IMG/VR virus record: IMGVR_UViG_3300036861_000572
Span: 2,042-66,041 of that record
Strand: one strand, 5' to 3'
DNA length: 64,000 nt
Origin: a virus
Lineage: Duplodnaviria; Caudoviricetes
Positions 8,412 through 17,402 of this stretch are shown here, one piece after another. The notes beneath the pieces were generated by a model. It was not told where the DNA came from, did no database searches, and saw only the letters and a program-made list of their open reading frames with translations. The position numbers and the translations under genes are program-made. Position 1 is the first letter of the stretch. Every line of letters starts with the position of its first letter.

Positions 8412-8843
8412 TCAGCGCTTCAGCTTCGCCAGCTCCTGCTCCAACCGCTTGATCCGCGCGTCCTGGTCGGCGTTGGCAGTCGCGTTGCGGGGGATCTGGG
8501 ACAGTACCTCGCGGAACCGGGCCAGCCGCTCGTCGCCCTGCCGCATCGCGTCCGCATACCCTGGGAACGCGACCCCGCACGTCGTCCGGCCCACAGACCC
8601 AGGAGCGGGGGGGCTGAGGAAGCACGCCGACAGCGCCGAGTTCTCCACCGTCATCGTCAGCAGCGCCGCGGCCAGGATGATCGCGACCGCGCGGCGCCGC
8701 CGGGTGGCGAGCTCGTCGCGCGGCACCAGGTCCTCGCGCAGCCCTTTGACCTCGGCACGCAACGTCTCGACGACCTTGACCAGCTCAGCGAACGATGCCG
8801 CTCGGCCCGGTCCACCGCTGCTCGTCACCGTTATCCCCCCCAT
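8412..8843 (-). CDS. membrane/coiled-coil lysis-cassette protein
   Basis: coiled coil - TM - coiled coil; located in the lysis block. Confidence 0.6.
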   Translation of the reverse strand: MGGITVTSSGGPGRAASFAELVKVVETLRAEVKGLREDLVPRDELATRRRRAVAIILAAALLTMTVENSALSACFLSPPAPGSVGRTTCGVAFPGYADAMRQGDERLARFREVLSQIPRNATANADQDARIKRLEQELAKLKR

Positions 8844-8973
8844 CCTGTTCGATGGCCTGTTCGAGCCGGGCGACGGCCTGTTCGAGCCGGTCGGTCAGCC
8901 GTTCCGCGCGCGCGACGAGCACCCGTGACGCGGTGACCTTTTCTGTCTCGGCCTGCCATGGCCAGCGCACCAC
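8785..8973 (-). CDS. small coiled-coil protein
   Basis: GAGG RBS; WPW start followed by heptads. Confidence 0.5.
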   Translation of the reverse strand: MVRWPWQAETEKVTASRVLVARAERLTDRLEQAVARLEQAIEQDGGDNGDEQRWTGPSGIVR

Positions 8974-8976
8974 GGG

Positions 8977-9246
8977 TCACCTCCGCTCTTCGGCGAGGCG
9001 GGACACCAGCTCGTTGGTCTTGATCAGGGCCGGCAGGACCCGGTCCTCGAACACCTGCCGCAGCCGGTCGTTCTCGGCGCGGAGCTGGTCGTAGTCGGCG
9101 CCGCGGCGGATCTTGCCGGTCAGGAAGCCGACGATTACGGCGCCCGCGACACCGAACTGGAGCCACTGGCCGACCTGGTCAGGGACGCCGGGGGTGGCCT
9201 GCGCCAGGACCGATGAGGCGGCGGCGGCGAGCAGGGCGAGGCGCAT
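8977..9246 (-). CDS. membrane protein (holin-associated)
   Basis: TM segment QFGVAGAVIVGFLTG followed by a coiled coil; typical upstream of actinophage lysins. Confidence 0.7.
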   Translation of the reverse strand: MRLALLAAAASSVLAQATPGVPDQVGQWLQFGVAGAVIVGFLTGKIRRGADYDQLRAENDRLRQVFEDRVLPALIKTNELVSRLAEERR

Positions 9247-9295
9247 GGTGCTCCGAGGGTAGGCGAGGCCCTCGGGGGAAGGGCGGCGGATCAGG

Positions 9296-9394
9296 TCAGG
9301 GCGGGGTGGCGCGCACGATGAAGATCCAGGTCTCGGCCACGATCCAGCTGCCGGCGGCCCAGAACAGCCAGCCGGCCTGCCACGCCGGGGTCAT
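9296..9394 (-). CDS. 32-aa Trp-rich hydrophobic peptide
   Basis: MTPAWQAGWLFWAAGSWIVAETWIFIVRATPP; ATGA overlap with the upstream gene. Confidence 0.4.
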   Translation of the reverse strand: MTPAWQAGWLFWAAGSWIVAETWIFIVRATPP

Positions 9395-9699
9395 TGCTGG
9401 CGGAACTGGTCAGCAACGCCTAATCCGGATACCTGTCTCAAAAACACGCGGAAGTCGTGGGCGGGGGTCTGGGCCACCTCGCCGCGGAAGACCGCCATCA
9501 GCGTCCCGAGCTCGGAGACCACGCTCTTGTAGAGGTTGGCGTCGTCGACCGGGACATTCATCGCGCCGAGGTCGGCCACGCTCTTGGTATCGAGGTAATC
9601 CTTAACCGCCCTGACGTGCTCCTCGAGGACCGCCGCGCGGATCGCGATGGCGGCGACCTGCCGGGCGATGTCGGCCGCGGTGACGTCCTTGCCGGCCAT
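9391..9699 (-). CDS. hypothetical tail-end protein
   Basis: AGGAGG RBS; high GC3. Confidence 0.7.
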   Translation of the reverse strand: MAGKDVTAADIARQVAAIAIRAAVLEEHVRAVKDYLDTKSVADLGAMNVPVDDANLYKSVVSELGTLMAVFRGEVAQTPAHDFRVFLRQVSGLGVADQFRQQ

Positions 9700-9709
9700 G
9701 CGAATCCTC

Positions 9710-10384
9710 CTAGATCGATCCGAGGTCCTCGACGAGGAGCTGCGCGGGGTAGGTCGCCGCAGCCTGCACGACGGCGGTCCCGGCACCCCCGGTCGTGCGC
9801 TGGCCCTTGATCTTGTACGTCGCCGACAGGGGGCTGGCGCCGTTGACCGCGGCGTAGAACATCGACCCGCCCTCCGAGCCGACGCTGGCGGCCGGCGGCT
9901 TCAGCGAGACGGCCTGGCGTTGCGCGACGCCGGCCTCGACGATCCGCAGCTCCAGGGCTTCGGTGGCGTCGATCGAGACCGACCGCCACGTGAACGAGAC
10001 CCGGAAGTAGTGGTTGGCCGGGATCGTCACGCCGGCGCCGGGGACGAACAGGTCGGTCTCCGAGCCAGCGAACGTGGTCGAGTTCGCCGTCCACTCGGTC
10101 AGCTGCAGCACCTCGTACCCGCCCGCGGGCGCGGTGACCGGGCTGGCCGGCCCGGCGGCGACGAGGTATGGGCCCATCTTATGCAGCAGGATGAAGTCGC
10201 CCACCGTCGGGTAGTAGCCCGGCAGGACCGGCACGTTCGTGGACGGGTTGGCCGCGTCGCCGAGGTCCACCGAGATGGTATTGGTCCCGGTGTCGACTGC
10301 GGCGACGGTGCCGTGGGTGAGTTGGGCCGGCAGGGGCAGCTTCGGGCGGAGCTGGTTGCCCAGCCGCCGCATCGCCTCTTTCAC
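9710..10384 (-). CDS. minor tail protein
   Basis: GTVAAVD...VPVLPGYYPTVGD OB-like N-terminus seen in actinophage minor tail proteins. Confidence 0.7.
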   Translation of the reverse strand: MKEAMRRLGNQLRPKLPLPAQLTHGTVAAVDTGTNTISVDLGDAANPSTNVPVLPGYYPTVGDFILLHKMGPYLVAAGPASPVTAPAGGYEVLQLTEWTANSTTFAGSETDLFVPGAGVTIPANHYFRVSFTWRSVSIDATEALELRIVEAGVAQRQAVSLKPPAASVGSEGGSMFYAAVNGASPLSATYKIKGQRTTGGAGTAVVQAAATYPAQLLVEDLGSI

Positions 10385-10421
10385 TGGCGCGCCATCCTCC
10401 CGCGACGGGCTATGCTGGAAT

Positions 10422-10556
10422 CCGTTCAGGGCGCGCAAGCGCGTCGGTGAGGCCGCGGCCAAAGATCCGGCGAGCCGAACGGCCTAGGCGCAGGCCCCTC
10501 CTCCGGGTCGCGCCCGGTTGTAGAACCTGCGTGGCCAACTAGGGGACCCTGGACGG
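10422..10556 (+). ncRNA. candidate multi-stem ncRNA
   Basis: TATGCT at 10411-10416; 5' CCGTTCAGGG pairs with 3' CCCTGGACGG; several internal stems. Confidence 0.5.
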
Positions 10557-10557
10557 C

Positions 10558-11670
10558 CTACTGGTCCGGCAGCTCCTGCCTCGCCTTGAGCGTGAGTTCC
10601 ATCGGCCCGCCCTTGGCGCCCAGCGGCAGCGTGAGCCGGTCGATGACGAAGTTCGCATCAATGCCGCTGCGGCTGTAGGAGAGGTGGACGCAGTCGCCGG
10701 CGTCGAGGAACGGCAGCGGCAGGCACCGCAGCACGACCTTCCGCGCGATCCCCTTGACGAGCTGCAGCCGTGCCTGCGCTGCCGCGACCGCCTGCGCGTT
10801 CGTCGCCACGTACGGGGAGGTCATGGGGTAGACGACGCGGCCGAACCGGCCCACGTACGTCGGGCTGGTCACGTCGGTGTCCTCCGCCACGCCGACCACG
10901 GCGGCGCCGTTGGTGAGGTTCTCGCCGCGGCACACCACCACCGAGTAGGAGTCGCCGTCGTCCCAGTTGTCGTCGACCGACTCGATCGTGGACGTGCCGT
11001 CGTCGGCGAACGACCACACCACCGGGGCGTCCTGCGGATCCGGCTCCGGGTGCATCCGGAACACCCCGAGCGTGTCGGCATAGACGGCCATCCCGATCGA
11101 CGCGGCCATCTCGCGGACCTTCGCCGCCGGGTCGTCGGCCTCGGTGAACGTCAACCCGCCCGCCGGGACCAGGAAGTCCGAGGAGGCGAAGTTCACGTCG
11201 GGGCTTGGCAGCAGCGTGTTGATCAGCGTCTCGATCGCGGCGTCGTACCTGGTCCCCGGCGCGACGAACAGGGGCAGGGTGAGGCGGTTGCGTTGCAGCT
11301 CCCGCATCCGGTCGAACGCCTTCAGCGGCACCTCCGGCCAGGTCCCGCCGCTCGAGCCGAGGCGGCCGGTGAACACCGCCACCAGTTCCGAGGATCCGTC
11401 GGGGTAGGTGACGCCGGTGCGGACCCGGATGCCGTTGCCCAGCGGCGCGAGCAGGTGGGACGGCGAGGTGGGGGTAATGGTGCCGTCACGGTCAACGAGC
11501 TGCAGGTCGATGGTCGAGCGGATGTCCACGTTCCGCTCGCGGGTCACGCTGCCCGAGAGGGTGGCGGTGACCTCTTGGACCTCGGCGTCGTTTTGGAGGA
11601 TGTGGACGGTGGTGACCAGGGTGTGGTCGGTGGTGCAGCGGGCGGTGAAGTCGTCGGAGACCGGGAGCAT
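10558..11670 (-). CDS. minor tail protein (baseplate hub-like, DUF5047-type)
   Basis: MLPVSDDF..SGSVT..LLAPLG..DSPTY-like VTSPTYVGRFG; position in tail module. Confidence 0.8.
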   Translation of the reverse strand: MLPVSDDFTARCTTDHTLVTTVHILQNDAEVQEVTATLSGSVTRERNVDIRSTIDLQLVDRDGTITPTSPSHLLAPLGNGIRVRTGVTYPDGSSELVAVFTGRLGSSGGTWPEVPLKAFDRMRELQRNRLTLPLFVAPGTRYDAAIETLINTLLPSPDVNFASSDFLVPAGGLTFTEADDPAAKVREMAASIGMAVYADTLGVFRMHPEPDPQDAPVVWSFADDGTSTIESVDDNWDDGDSYSVVVCRGENLTNGAAVVGVAEDTDVTSPTYVGRFGRVVYPMTSPYVATNAQAVAAAQARLQLVKGIARKVVLRCLPLPFLDAGDCVHLSYSRSGIDANFVIDRLTLPLGAKGGPMELTLKARQELPDQ

Positions 11671-11680
11671 CTGGCCGCCT

Positions 11681-11709
11681 ACTTTCTAGATTCTAGAATC
11701 TAGAATCTG
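11681..11709. repeat. TCTAGAA/TCTAGAT heptamer repeats containing a TAGAAT -10 box
   Basis: ACTTTCTAGATTCTAGAATCTAGAATCTG. Confidence 0.75.
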
Positions 11710-11711
11710 GT

Positions 11712-11779
11712 CGGCGGGCAGGTCCCGGATGGATGTCCGGCTAAGCATGGGACCTCGTGATTCTCTGGCCTGTCCGCCG
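11712..11779 (+). ncRNA. candidate small structured RNA
   Basis: begins 5 nt after TAGAAT; CGGCGGGCAGG/CCTGTCCGCCG closing stem plus internal stems. Confidence 0.4.
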
Positions 11780-11781
11780 CC

Positions 11782-14406
11782 TCATGCCGGCTGCTCGACC
11801 TCGTAGTAGCGGACCCGCCACTGCCTGACCGGCACCGACGCGTCGGTGCCGCCCTCGAACTCCCGCGCCCGGTCAACAAAGCGGATCCACCACTGCTCAT
11901 CGGCGAACGGGGAGCGCAGCAGCAGGGCGTGCTGCTCACGGCTCAAGGCCAGCAACCTGAGCCCCTCGTCCCGCGTCAGGCTGGTGAAGGTGACGGTGCC
12001 GTCGTCGCCGAACACCGAGTCGGCCAGCACGACCGCCCGGTCCCGCCCTTGCAGCTGGTAGACCTGCGCGTTCTCGGCGGTGTCCAGGGTCAGGTCGGGC
12101 GTGAGGATCCGCAGGGAGAGCCACGGGTGGTACGGGTCGACCAGGTACCAGCCGCCCGCGTTGGACACCTCGGCGGCGCCGTAGGCGTAGCTGGTCGAGG
12201 CGACCGCCGTCCCGGTGACCGAGTTGATGACCCGGACGCGGTACTGCCTGGGCCGGCCCCGGGGCAGGGTGTAGTCGTACACGGTCTCTTCCTGGGCCTC
12301 GTCGCCGCCGAGGGTCTTGTCGGCCCAGCCGGGGTAGGTCCGCCACTGCGCGGTGGCGAGCTGGCCCGGCACCCACGTGTCCGTGCTGGTGCCGCCTTCG
12401 CGGAGCATCGCCCGCGACGCCCACACCTGCACGCCGCTCACCGACGCGGTGTTTTCCACCGACGCGCCGGCCCACATCGCCCCGGCCGGCGCGGTCGCGG
12501 TCACGGTGTAGCGGACGAACCCGGTCGTGATCGTCATCGACACGTTCGAGCTCGACAGCGCCGTCCCGGTCGGGCCGTGCCACATCAGGAACAGCTTTGA
12601 GGAGAACGACGCCGACGCCTTCAGCGACACCGTGAGCGTGTAGCTCTTCCCCGGTACCACCGGGAAGGCGTAGCTGGGATCGAACAGGGTCAGGGCGTTC
12701 TGGTTGATGCCCATGTCGAGGTTCGAGAAGCTGATGCCCGACGTCCAGCGAATGCACCCCTCGCCGGTGTCCATCCCGGTCGCGTCGTCGAACACCACGC
12801 CGTCCGAGGCGGCGCGGCCGTAGAACCCCGCCGTCGAGCGCTCCACCGCCCCGCACGCCGCCACCTGGTTGGGTAGGAGGTTCAGCGACGACGCGGCACC
12901 GTCGAGGGTCTCCAGCAGCACCGTCGAGACCGACTGCTGCCCACCGGACGTCCAGGTCGTGCTCGAGCCGGGCCACATGCCGACGTGGTCGACGTAGTGA
13001 ATCTCCGCCGCCGCCGGCACCAGCACCCGGACGCGGACCTTCACCGTCCGTGCCCCGGCCGGCGCCACCGCGGTCAAGGTGGAGGTGGCGTTGAAGTTCG
13101 CCGCCGAATCGGTGACACCGGAGCCGTTGACGGTCGCGCCGATGATCACCCCGGCGGCGTCGAGCCAGTCGACCTCGACCCGACACGTCCTGGTCGAGGC
13201 ATTGGCGGCGAACTGGGCGTAGAACGTGTACGTCCGGCCGGCCACGACCGGCGAGACCGGCGAGGCGAGCGTGGCCGACATGTCCGCCCCGGCCGTCGCC
13301 GTGAGCCGCATGCTCGCCGCGCCGGGGCTCACCGATTTCGTGGTGGAGCGGACCGCGGCGCAGTTGACCAGCACCGTCCACGTCCCCGCGCCGCCGGCCG
13401 AGTCCTCGAAATCGGAGTCCTGCGCCGACAGCATGTTCTGGTTCGCCGCCACGGTCAGCACCGCACGCTGGTTCGCGTCGTCGGCGGCCACCGCGAGGGT
13501 CGGGTCGGCCGGCGGGCCCAGCGACACGGTGAACGCGCCCGAGCTCGCCCACGCCGTCCACCAGACCGCGCCGTTGATCAGCTGCGCCGCCCGGCAATAG
13601 GCCTTGTAGGTGACGCCGTTGGCGAGGTCCCGCCCCACCTTGAACGACGTCGACGCGGTCGGCAGCTCCCCGGAGTCCCAGTAGCTCGCCGAGGTGTCGG
13701 CCGAGAACCCGGCGGCGCCGTACTGCGCGGCGGTGAAGACCTTCACCTGCGCCCTGGCCTGCGCGTCGCCGTCGGGGTTGGCGGCGTAGACGAAATCAAC
13801 TTGGGGCCGGGTCGTCGACGCGCCCGTGATCGTGGGCGTCCCGATGATCGTGGGCCGCTCACGGATGTCGACATCCAGGTACCACTCGAAGAAGCGAAGG
13901 TAGGAGGTCGCCGACGACTGGCCGACTTGGTTGACGTAGCCGTAGGCCTCCATCTGGCAGGCGTTCACGCTGGTCTGCGTCCACGGCTTGCCGAACGGGT
14001 CGGCCGGGCGCCACGCCCCCGTGAAGTTGATCGGCCCCACCGAGGCGGTCTGGCACACGTCCCTCGGGCTCGACGGCGAAATGCTCGGCGTCGTCGTCCG
14101 CACCGTCAGCGACGCCTTCTGCCAATGGCCCGAGTCGGCCGACTGCCGGCCCATCCGCGCGCGGCAGCGCAGCCGGTTGACCTTCTTCGCCGTGCCGTCG
14201 ACCGCGACGCCGAGGTCGCCCATCACGGTCGCGAACCAGATATTGGGGTAGCCCTGCCCGCCGACGCCCATGGTCACGTACGTCGAGTCGCTGTTGTCGT
14301 TAATCTGGTTCGCCAGCGGCGTCGTCCCGGTGATGTTCCGCGCGGCGGACACGTCGGAGGTGGGGAGCAGGGTGACGTACCCGGGGTTGCCGGCACCGTC
14401 GCCCAA
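11782..14406 (-). CDS. large minor tail protein with carbohydrate-binding-like modules
   Basis: 874 aa, beta-rich; two CBM-like repeats (NML..DSDFE..., PVV.G..YT...ATAPAGA); follows the tape measure gene. Confidence 0.8.
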   Translation of the reverse strand: MGDGAGNPGYVTLLPTSDVSAARNITGTTPLANQINDNSDSTYVTMGVGGQGYPNIWFATVMGDLGVAVDGTAKKVNRLRCRARMGRQSADSGHWQKASLTVRTTTPSISPSSPRDVCQTASVGPINFTGAWRPADPFGKPWTQTSVNACQMEAYGYVNQVGQSSATSYLRFFEWYLDVDIRERPTIIGTPTITGASTTRPQVDFVYAANPDGDAQARAQVKVFTAAQYGAAGFSADTSASYWDSGELPTASTSFKVGRDLANGVTYKAYCRAAQLINGAVWWTAWASSGAFTVSLGPPADPTLAVAADDANQRAVLTVAANQNMLSAQDSDFEDSAGGAGTWTVLVNCAAVRSTTKSVSPGAASMRLTATAGADMSATLASPVSPVVAGRTYTFYAQFAANASTRTCRVEVDWLDAAGVIIGATVNGSGVTDSAANFNATSTLTAVAPAGARTVKVRVRVLVPAAAEIHYVDHVGMWPGSSTTWTSGGQQSVSTVLLETLDGAASSLNLLPNQVAACGAVERSTAGFYGRAASDGVVFDDATGMDTGEGCIRWTSGISFSNLDMGINQNALTLFDPSYAFPVVPGKSYTLTVSLKASASFSSKLFLMWHGPTGTALSSSNVSMTITTGFVRYTVTATAPAGAMWAGASVENTASVSGVQVWASRAMLREGGTSTDTWVPGQLATAQWRTYPGWADKTLGGDEAQEETVYDYTLPRGRPRQYRVRVINSVTGTAVASTSYAYGAAEVSNAGGWYLVDPYHPWLSLRILTPDLTLDTAENAQVYQLQGRDRAVVLADSVFGDDGTVTFTSLTRDEGLRLLALSREQHALLLRSPFADEQWWIRFVDRAREFEGGTDASVPVRQWRVRYYEVEQPA

Positions 14407-14423
14407 CGCGCTACCCTCCTCGC

Positions 14424-14561
14424 ATGCGGATCACCAACGTCAACACGGCCGATGAATGGTTCTGTGCCAAGGAACGAGCCGAGTCCTTGCGCCGCTACCG
14501 CATGGCGCTGGCTCCCGAGCTGGCCGCCGAGCTGGCCGAACTCGAACGGGCCGGCTACTAG
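14424..14561 (+). CDS. 45-aa leaderless antisense ORF
   Basis: TACCCT 6 nt before the ATG; fills the intergenic gap; stop overlaps the tape measure stop at CTAG. Confidence 0.45.
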   Translation: MRITNVNTADEWFCAKERAESLRRYRMALAPELAAELAELERAGY

Positions 14562-17323
14562 ACGCCTGATCCGCGGCGGGCGAGCGCGTCGGACAGCTCC
14601 GCCGCGACCCGCTCGCCCATGTCCTCAGCGATCGCGTGCATCTGCGCCCGCTGGGAGGCGGTGATCTCCCCGTAGATCGTCAGCGGCACCGTCACGTTGA
14701 TCGTCCGGGCGGTCGGCCCGACCGGCTCGGGCCGGCCGGTGCCGTTATAGGCCAGCGACAGGCCCGGCGGCAGCCAGCCGCCCGAGTCGTAGCCGCGGAA
14801 GCGGCCGCCGACCAGGCGCAGGCTGCCGGGATCACCGGCGACGTCAATACCGGGGATCCGCCGGAACCCCTCGACCATCCGCGGGTCCACCAGCCCGCCA
14901 GCGGCCATGTGGAAGTGCCGCGCGAACCCGGCCGGTGACCGCGCCGCCGACCCGACGAAGATCCCCGTCCGCGTCGAGCGGGCCTCGAACTTCAACCCCC
15001 CGTACGACCCGACCATGTGACCCATGCCCGGCGTCACGCCGATATTCAGCGTCCCGCCGAACCCGGACTTCAAGCCCGGCACGCCGGTCGAGATCGAGCT
15101 GGTGGTGAAGTAGCGGGCGCCGTGGCCGGCGCGGCGGTCCCCCCGCATCTTGCCGTAGACCGCGCCGACCAGGCCGGAGCAGTCATACGCACCGGGGCCA
15201 GCCGCAGCCCAGCGGTACGGCAGCCGATCCGTACTGACGATGAACGCCTTGATCCCGGCGGAACCGCCCACACCGAGGCCCATGCCGCTGACGGCCGTCG
15301 AGATCGCCTTGGCCAACGCCGGGCCGAGGCGGGCGGCGAGGTAGTCGACACCGCGCTGGCCGAACTTTCGGGTGGCGTCGGCGTCGGCGTTGATGACCGG
15401 CTGCATGCTGACCATGCCGCCCGAGGCCATCCGCGGCGCATTGATCGCCTCGAGCAGCTGCCGGTGCCGCCGCGTCGCCGCGGCGTTGACGACGAACTCG
15501 CCGGGGGACAGCCACCGCAGCTGGTTGTCACTTCGGGGACCGCCGGAGCCCGTGACGCGGCCGCCGCCGGCGAGCTGGGGGATCTTGACGTGGGCGGCAC
15601 GCAGCCACGCGACGGTCTGGGCGGCGACGGACACGGTCGCGCGGGCGGAGACCGGAATGTTGGTCTTGCCGTGCAGCGAGTCGATCTTGCGCTGGGTGTC
15701 GGTGACGTGCTGGCGCAGCACCCGCATCTCGCGGCCGGCGGCGGCCTGGGTGTCCTTCCACGACGACGACTGACGCTGCTTGGCCTCGCGGACCTTGGCG
15801 GTCAGGTCGTCGATCTTGCGCTGCGTCGTGGCGATGTGGGCGCGGATCCCGGCGAGCTTGGTCTGGGTGTCGTCCCGCACCTCCGTGAAGGTGCGGATAA
15901 TTGCGTCGCCGGCGTGGCCCGACCCGCCGCTCAACCGGTCGATCGCGTTCAGGAGGTGCCCGGCGGCGACGCCGGCCTTGGCGAACCACAGCGGGATCTG
16001 CCCGATCGCCAGGACCACGTTCGCGCCGGCCAGGTGGATCTTCGCGGCGCCGAGCTCGACGACGCCAGCGAGCACGTCCATCGTCGCGCCGGCCCGGTCA
16101 AGGCCCTCGGCGGCCTTCCCGGCACCCTTGGTCAACGTCGTCAGCGAGCCAGCGATTGACGTGGCAGTGTCGGCGGCGGTCTTGCCCTTCACGTTGACCG
16201 CATCGAACGGGTTCAACAGGCCGAGGATCGCGTCCTTGTTGGCGGTCCACGCGTCCCGAAGCTGGCCGAGGCGGGGCGAGAGCTTGGTTCGCACGAACAC
16301 CTCGGCCTCGTCCATCTTCGTTCCGATCGCGTCGAACACGCCCGTCACGATCGGTTCGAGGCCGACGAAGACCTTGTTCTTGATCCGCTGCCACTTCTCG
16401 GCGAAGTCCTCGGTGTCGCGCGCCGCGCCCAGGATCGTGTCCTTGCCGCCCGAAATCGTCGTGTACAGCTTGCCGATCTCGAAGCGGCCTTCCCGCACGG
16501 CGGCGGCCATGTCCGGGCCGGCACGCTGCCCGAACGCCTCGATCGCGATCTTGTTCGCCGCACCCGCGCTGCCGGCGTCCTTGATCCTTTGGGTCAGCTT
16601 CTCGAACTCGACCTGGGGGTCCTTGCCGGCCTTGGCGAGCTTCCCCAGCCCGATCTTCATGCCGGACAGGACCAGGCCGACGTTGACGCCTTCCTTCTCC
16701 CACTTGCTCAACAGCGCGATCGAGGTGTCGAACGAGAAGCCGAGCTGCCGCAGCGGCGCGCCGAACTGCACGACCGTCTCGGCCAGCTTGTCGACGCCGA
16801 TCCCGGTCGCCTGGGAGGCGCGGAACAGCTTATCCATCGCGGCGACCTGGCCCTTGGTCTTGATCGACCAGTCACCGAACAGCCGGGTCGTCAGCGCGAT
16901 GTTGGAGCCGAGGTCCGTCTCGGTGATCCGGGCCAGCTCCAGTTCCTGCTTGGCGAGCTGCTGCAGGCCCTTGCCGGTCTGCCCCGTCCGCTTGGACAGC
17001 TCCGTGATCGCGGTCGAGGCGTGGGCGAAGTCGGTCGGGACGTCCTTGACGACCCCGCGGAAATCCTTCTTCAAGCCGTCCAATGCCTTGCCGGTCGCGC
17101 CGGTCCCGACGCGGATCTTGTCGTAGGCGTCGTCGAAGTCGGCGCCGAGCTTCAGCGCCCCGACGGCCAGGGCGCCGACCCCGGCGACGGCGGCACCGCC
17201 GGCGACGGCGGCCATGCGGGTGATGCCGGCGTGGAACCGCTTGGTCTTCGACTCGGCCTTGTCGAACCCGCTGATGTACTTGCGGGGGTCGGCGATCAGC
17301 TCCCAGCGGATGGCCTTGGCCGT
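14558..17323 (-). CDS. tape measure protein (C-terminal NlpC/P60-like motif); start codon non-canonical or uncertain
   Basis: long Ala-rich helical ORF with LSPGEFVVNA and YDCSGLV; frame is open from ACG 17323 (xAKAIRWELIADP); first ATG at 17215. Confidence 0.9.
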   Translation of the reverse strand, partial: TAKAIRWELIADPRKYISGFDKAESKTKRFHAGITRMAAVAGGAAVAGVGALAVGALKLGADFDDAYDKIRVGTGATGKALDGLKKDFRGVVKDVPTDFAHASTAITELSKRTGQTGKGLQQLAKQELELARITETDLGSNIALTTRLFGDWSIKTKGQVAAMDKLFRASQATGIGVDKLAETVVQFGAPLRQLGFSFDTSIALLSKWEKEGVNVGLVLSGMKIGLGKLAKAGKDPQVEFEKLTQRIKDAGSAGAANKIAIEAFGQRAGPDMAAAVREGRFEIGKLYTTISGGKDTILGAARDTEDFAEKWQRIKNKVFVGLEPIVTGVFDAIGTKMDEAEVFVRTKLSPRLGQLRDAWTANKDAILGLLNPFDAVNVKGKTAADTATSIAGSLTTLTKGAGKAAEGLDRAGATMDVLAGVVELGAAKIHLAGANVVLAIGQIPLWFAKAGVAAGHLLNAIDRLSGGSGHAGDAIIRTFTEVRDDTQTKLAGIRAHIATTQRKIDDLTAKVREAKQRQSSSWKDTQAAAGREMRVLRQHVTDTQRKIDSLHGKTNIPVSARATVSVAAQTVAWLRAAHVKIPQLAGGGRVTGSGGPRSDNQLRWLSPGEFVVNAAATRRHRQLLEAINAPRMASGGMVSMQPVINADADATRKFGQRGVDYLAARLGPALAKAISTAVSGMGLGVGGSAGIKAFIVSTDRLPYRWAAAGPGAYDCSGLVGAVYGKMRGDRRAGHGARYFTTSSISTGVPGLKSGFGGTLNIGVTPGMGHMVGSYGGLKFEARSTRTGIFVGSAARSPAGFARHFHMAAGGLVDPRMVEGFRRIPGIDVAGDPGSLRLVGGRFRGYDSGGWLPPGLSLAYNGTGRPEPVGPTARTINVTVPLTIYGEITASQRAQMHAIAEDMGERVAAELSDALARRGSGV

Positions 17324-17402
17324 GGTCGCTCACCGCCCTCGGTCATGACGTCGTCGTAGACGCGGAGCTCGGCGAAGGTCAGCGCGTCGTGCTCGTCGCG
17401 GG

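Noticed and set aside
12985-17359. Long plus-strand ORFs opposite the tail genes (also 22652-24274, 32626-34852, 49789-51396) and the minus-strand ORF 62560-63975
   Set aside because: Shadow ORFs of high-GC coding sequence; the opposite strand carries the recognisable motifs.
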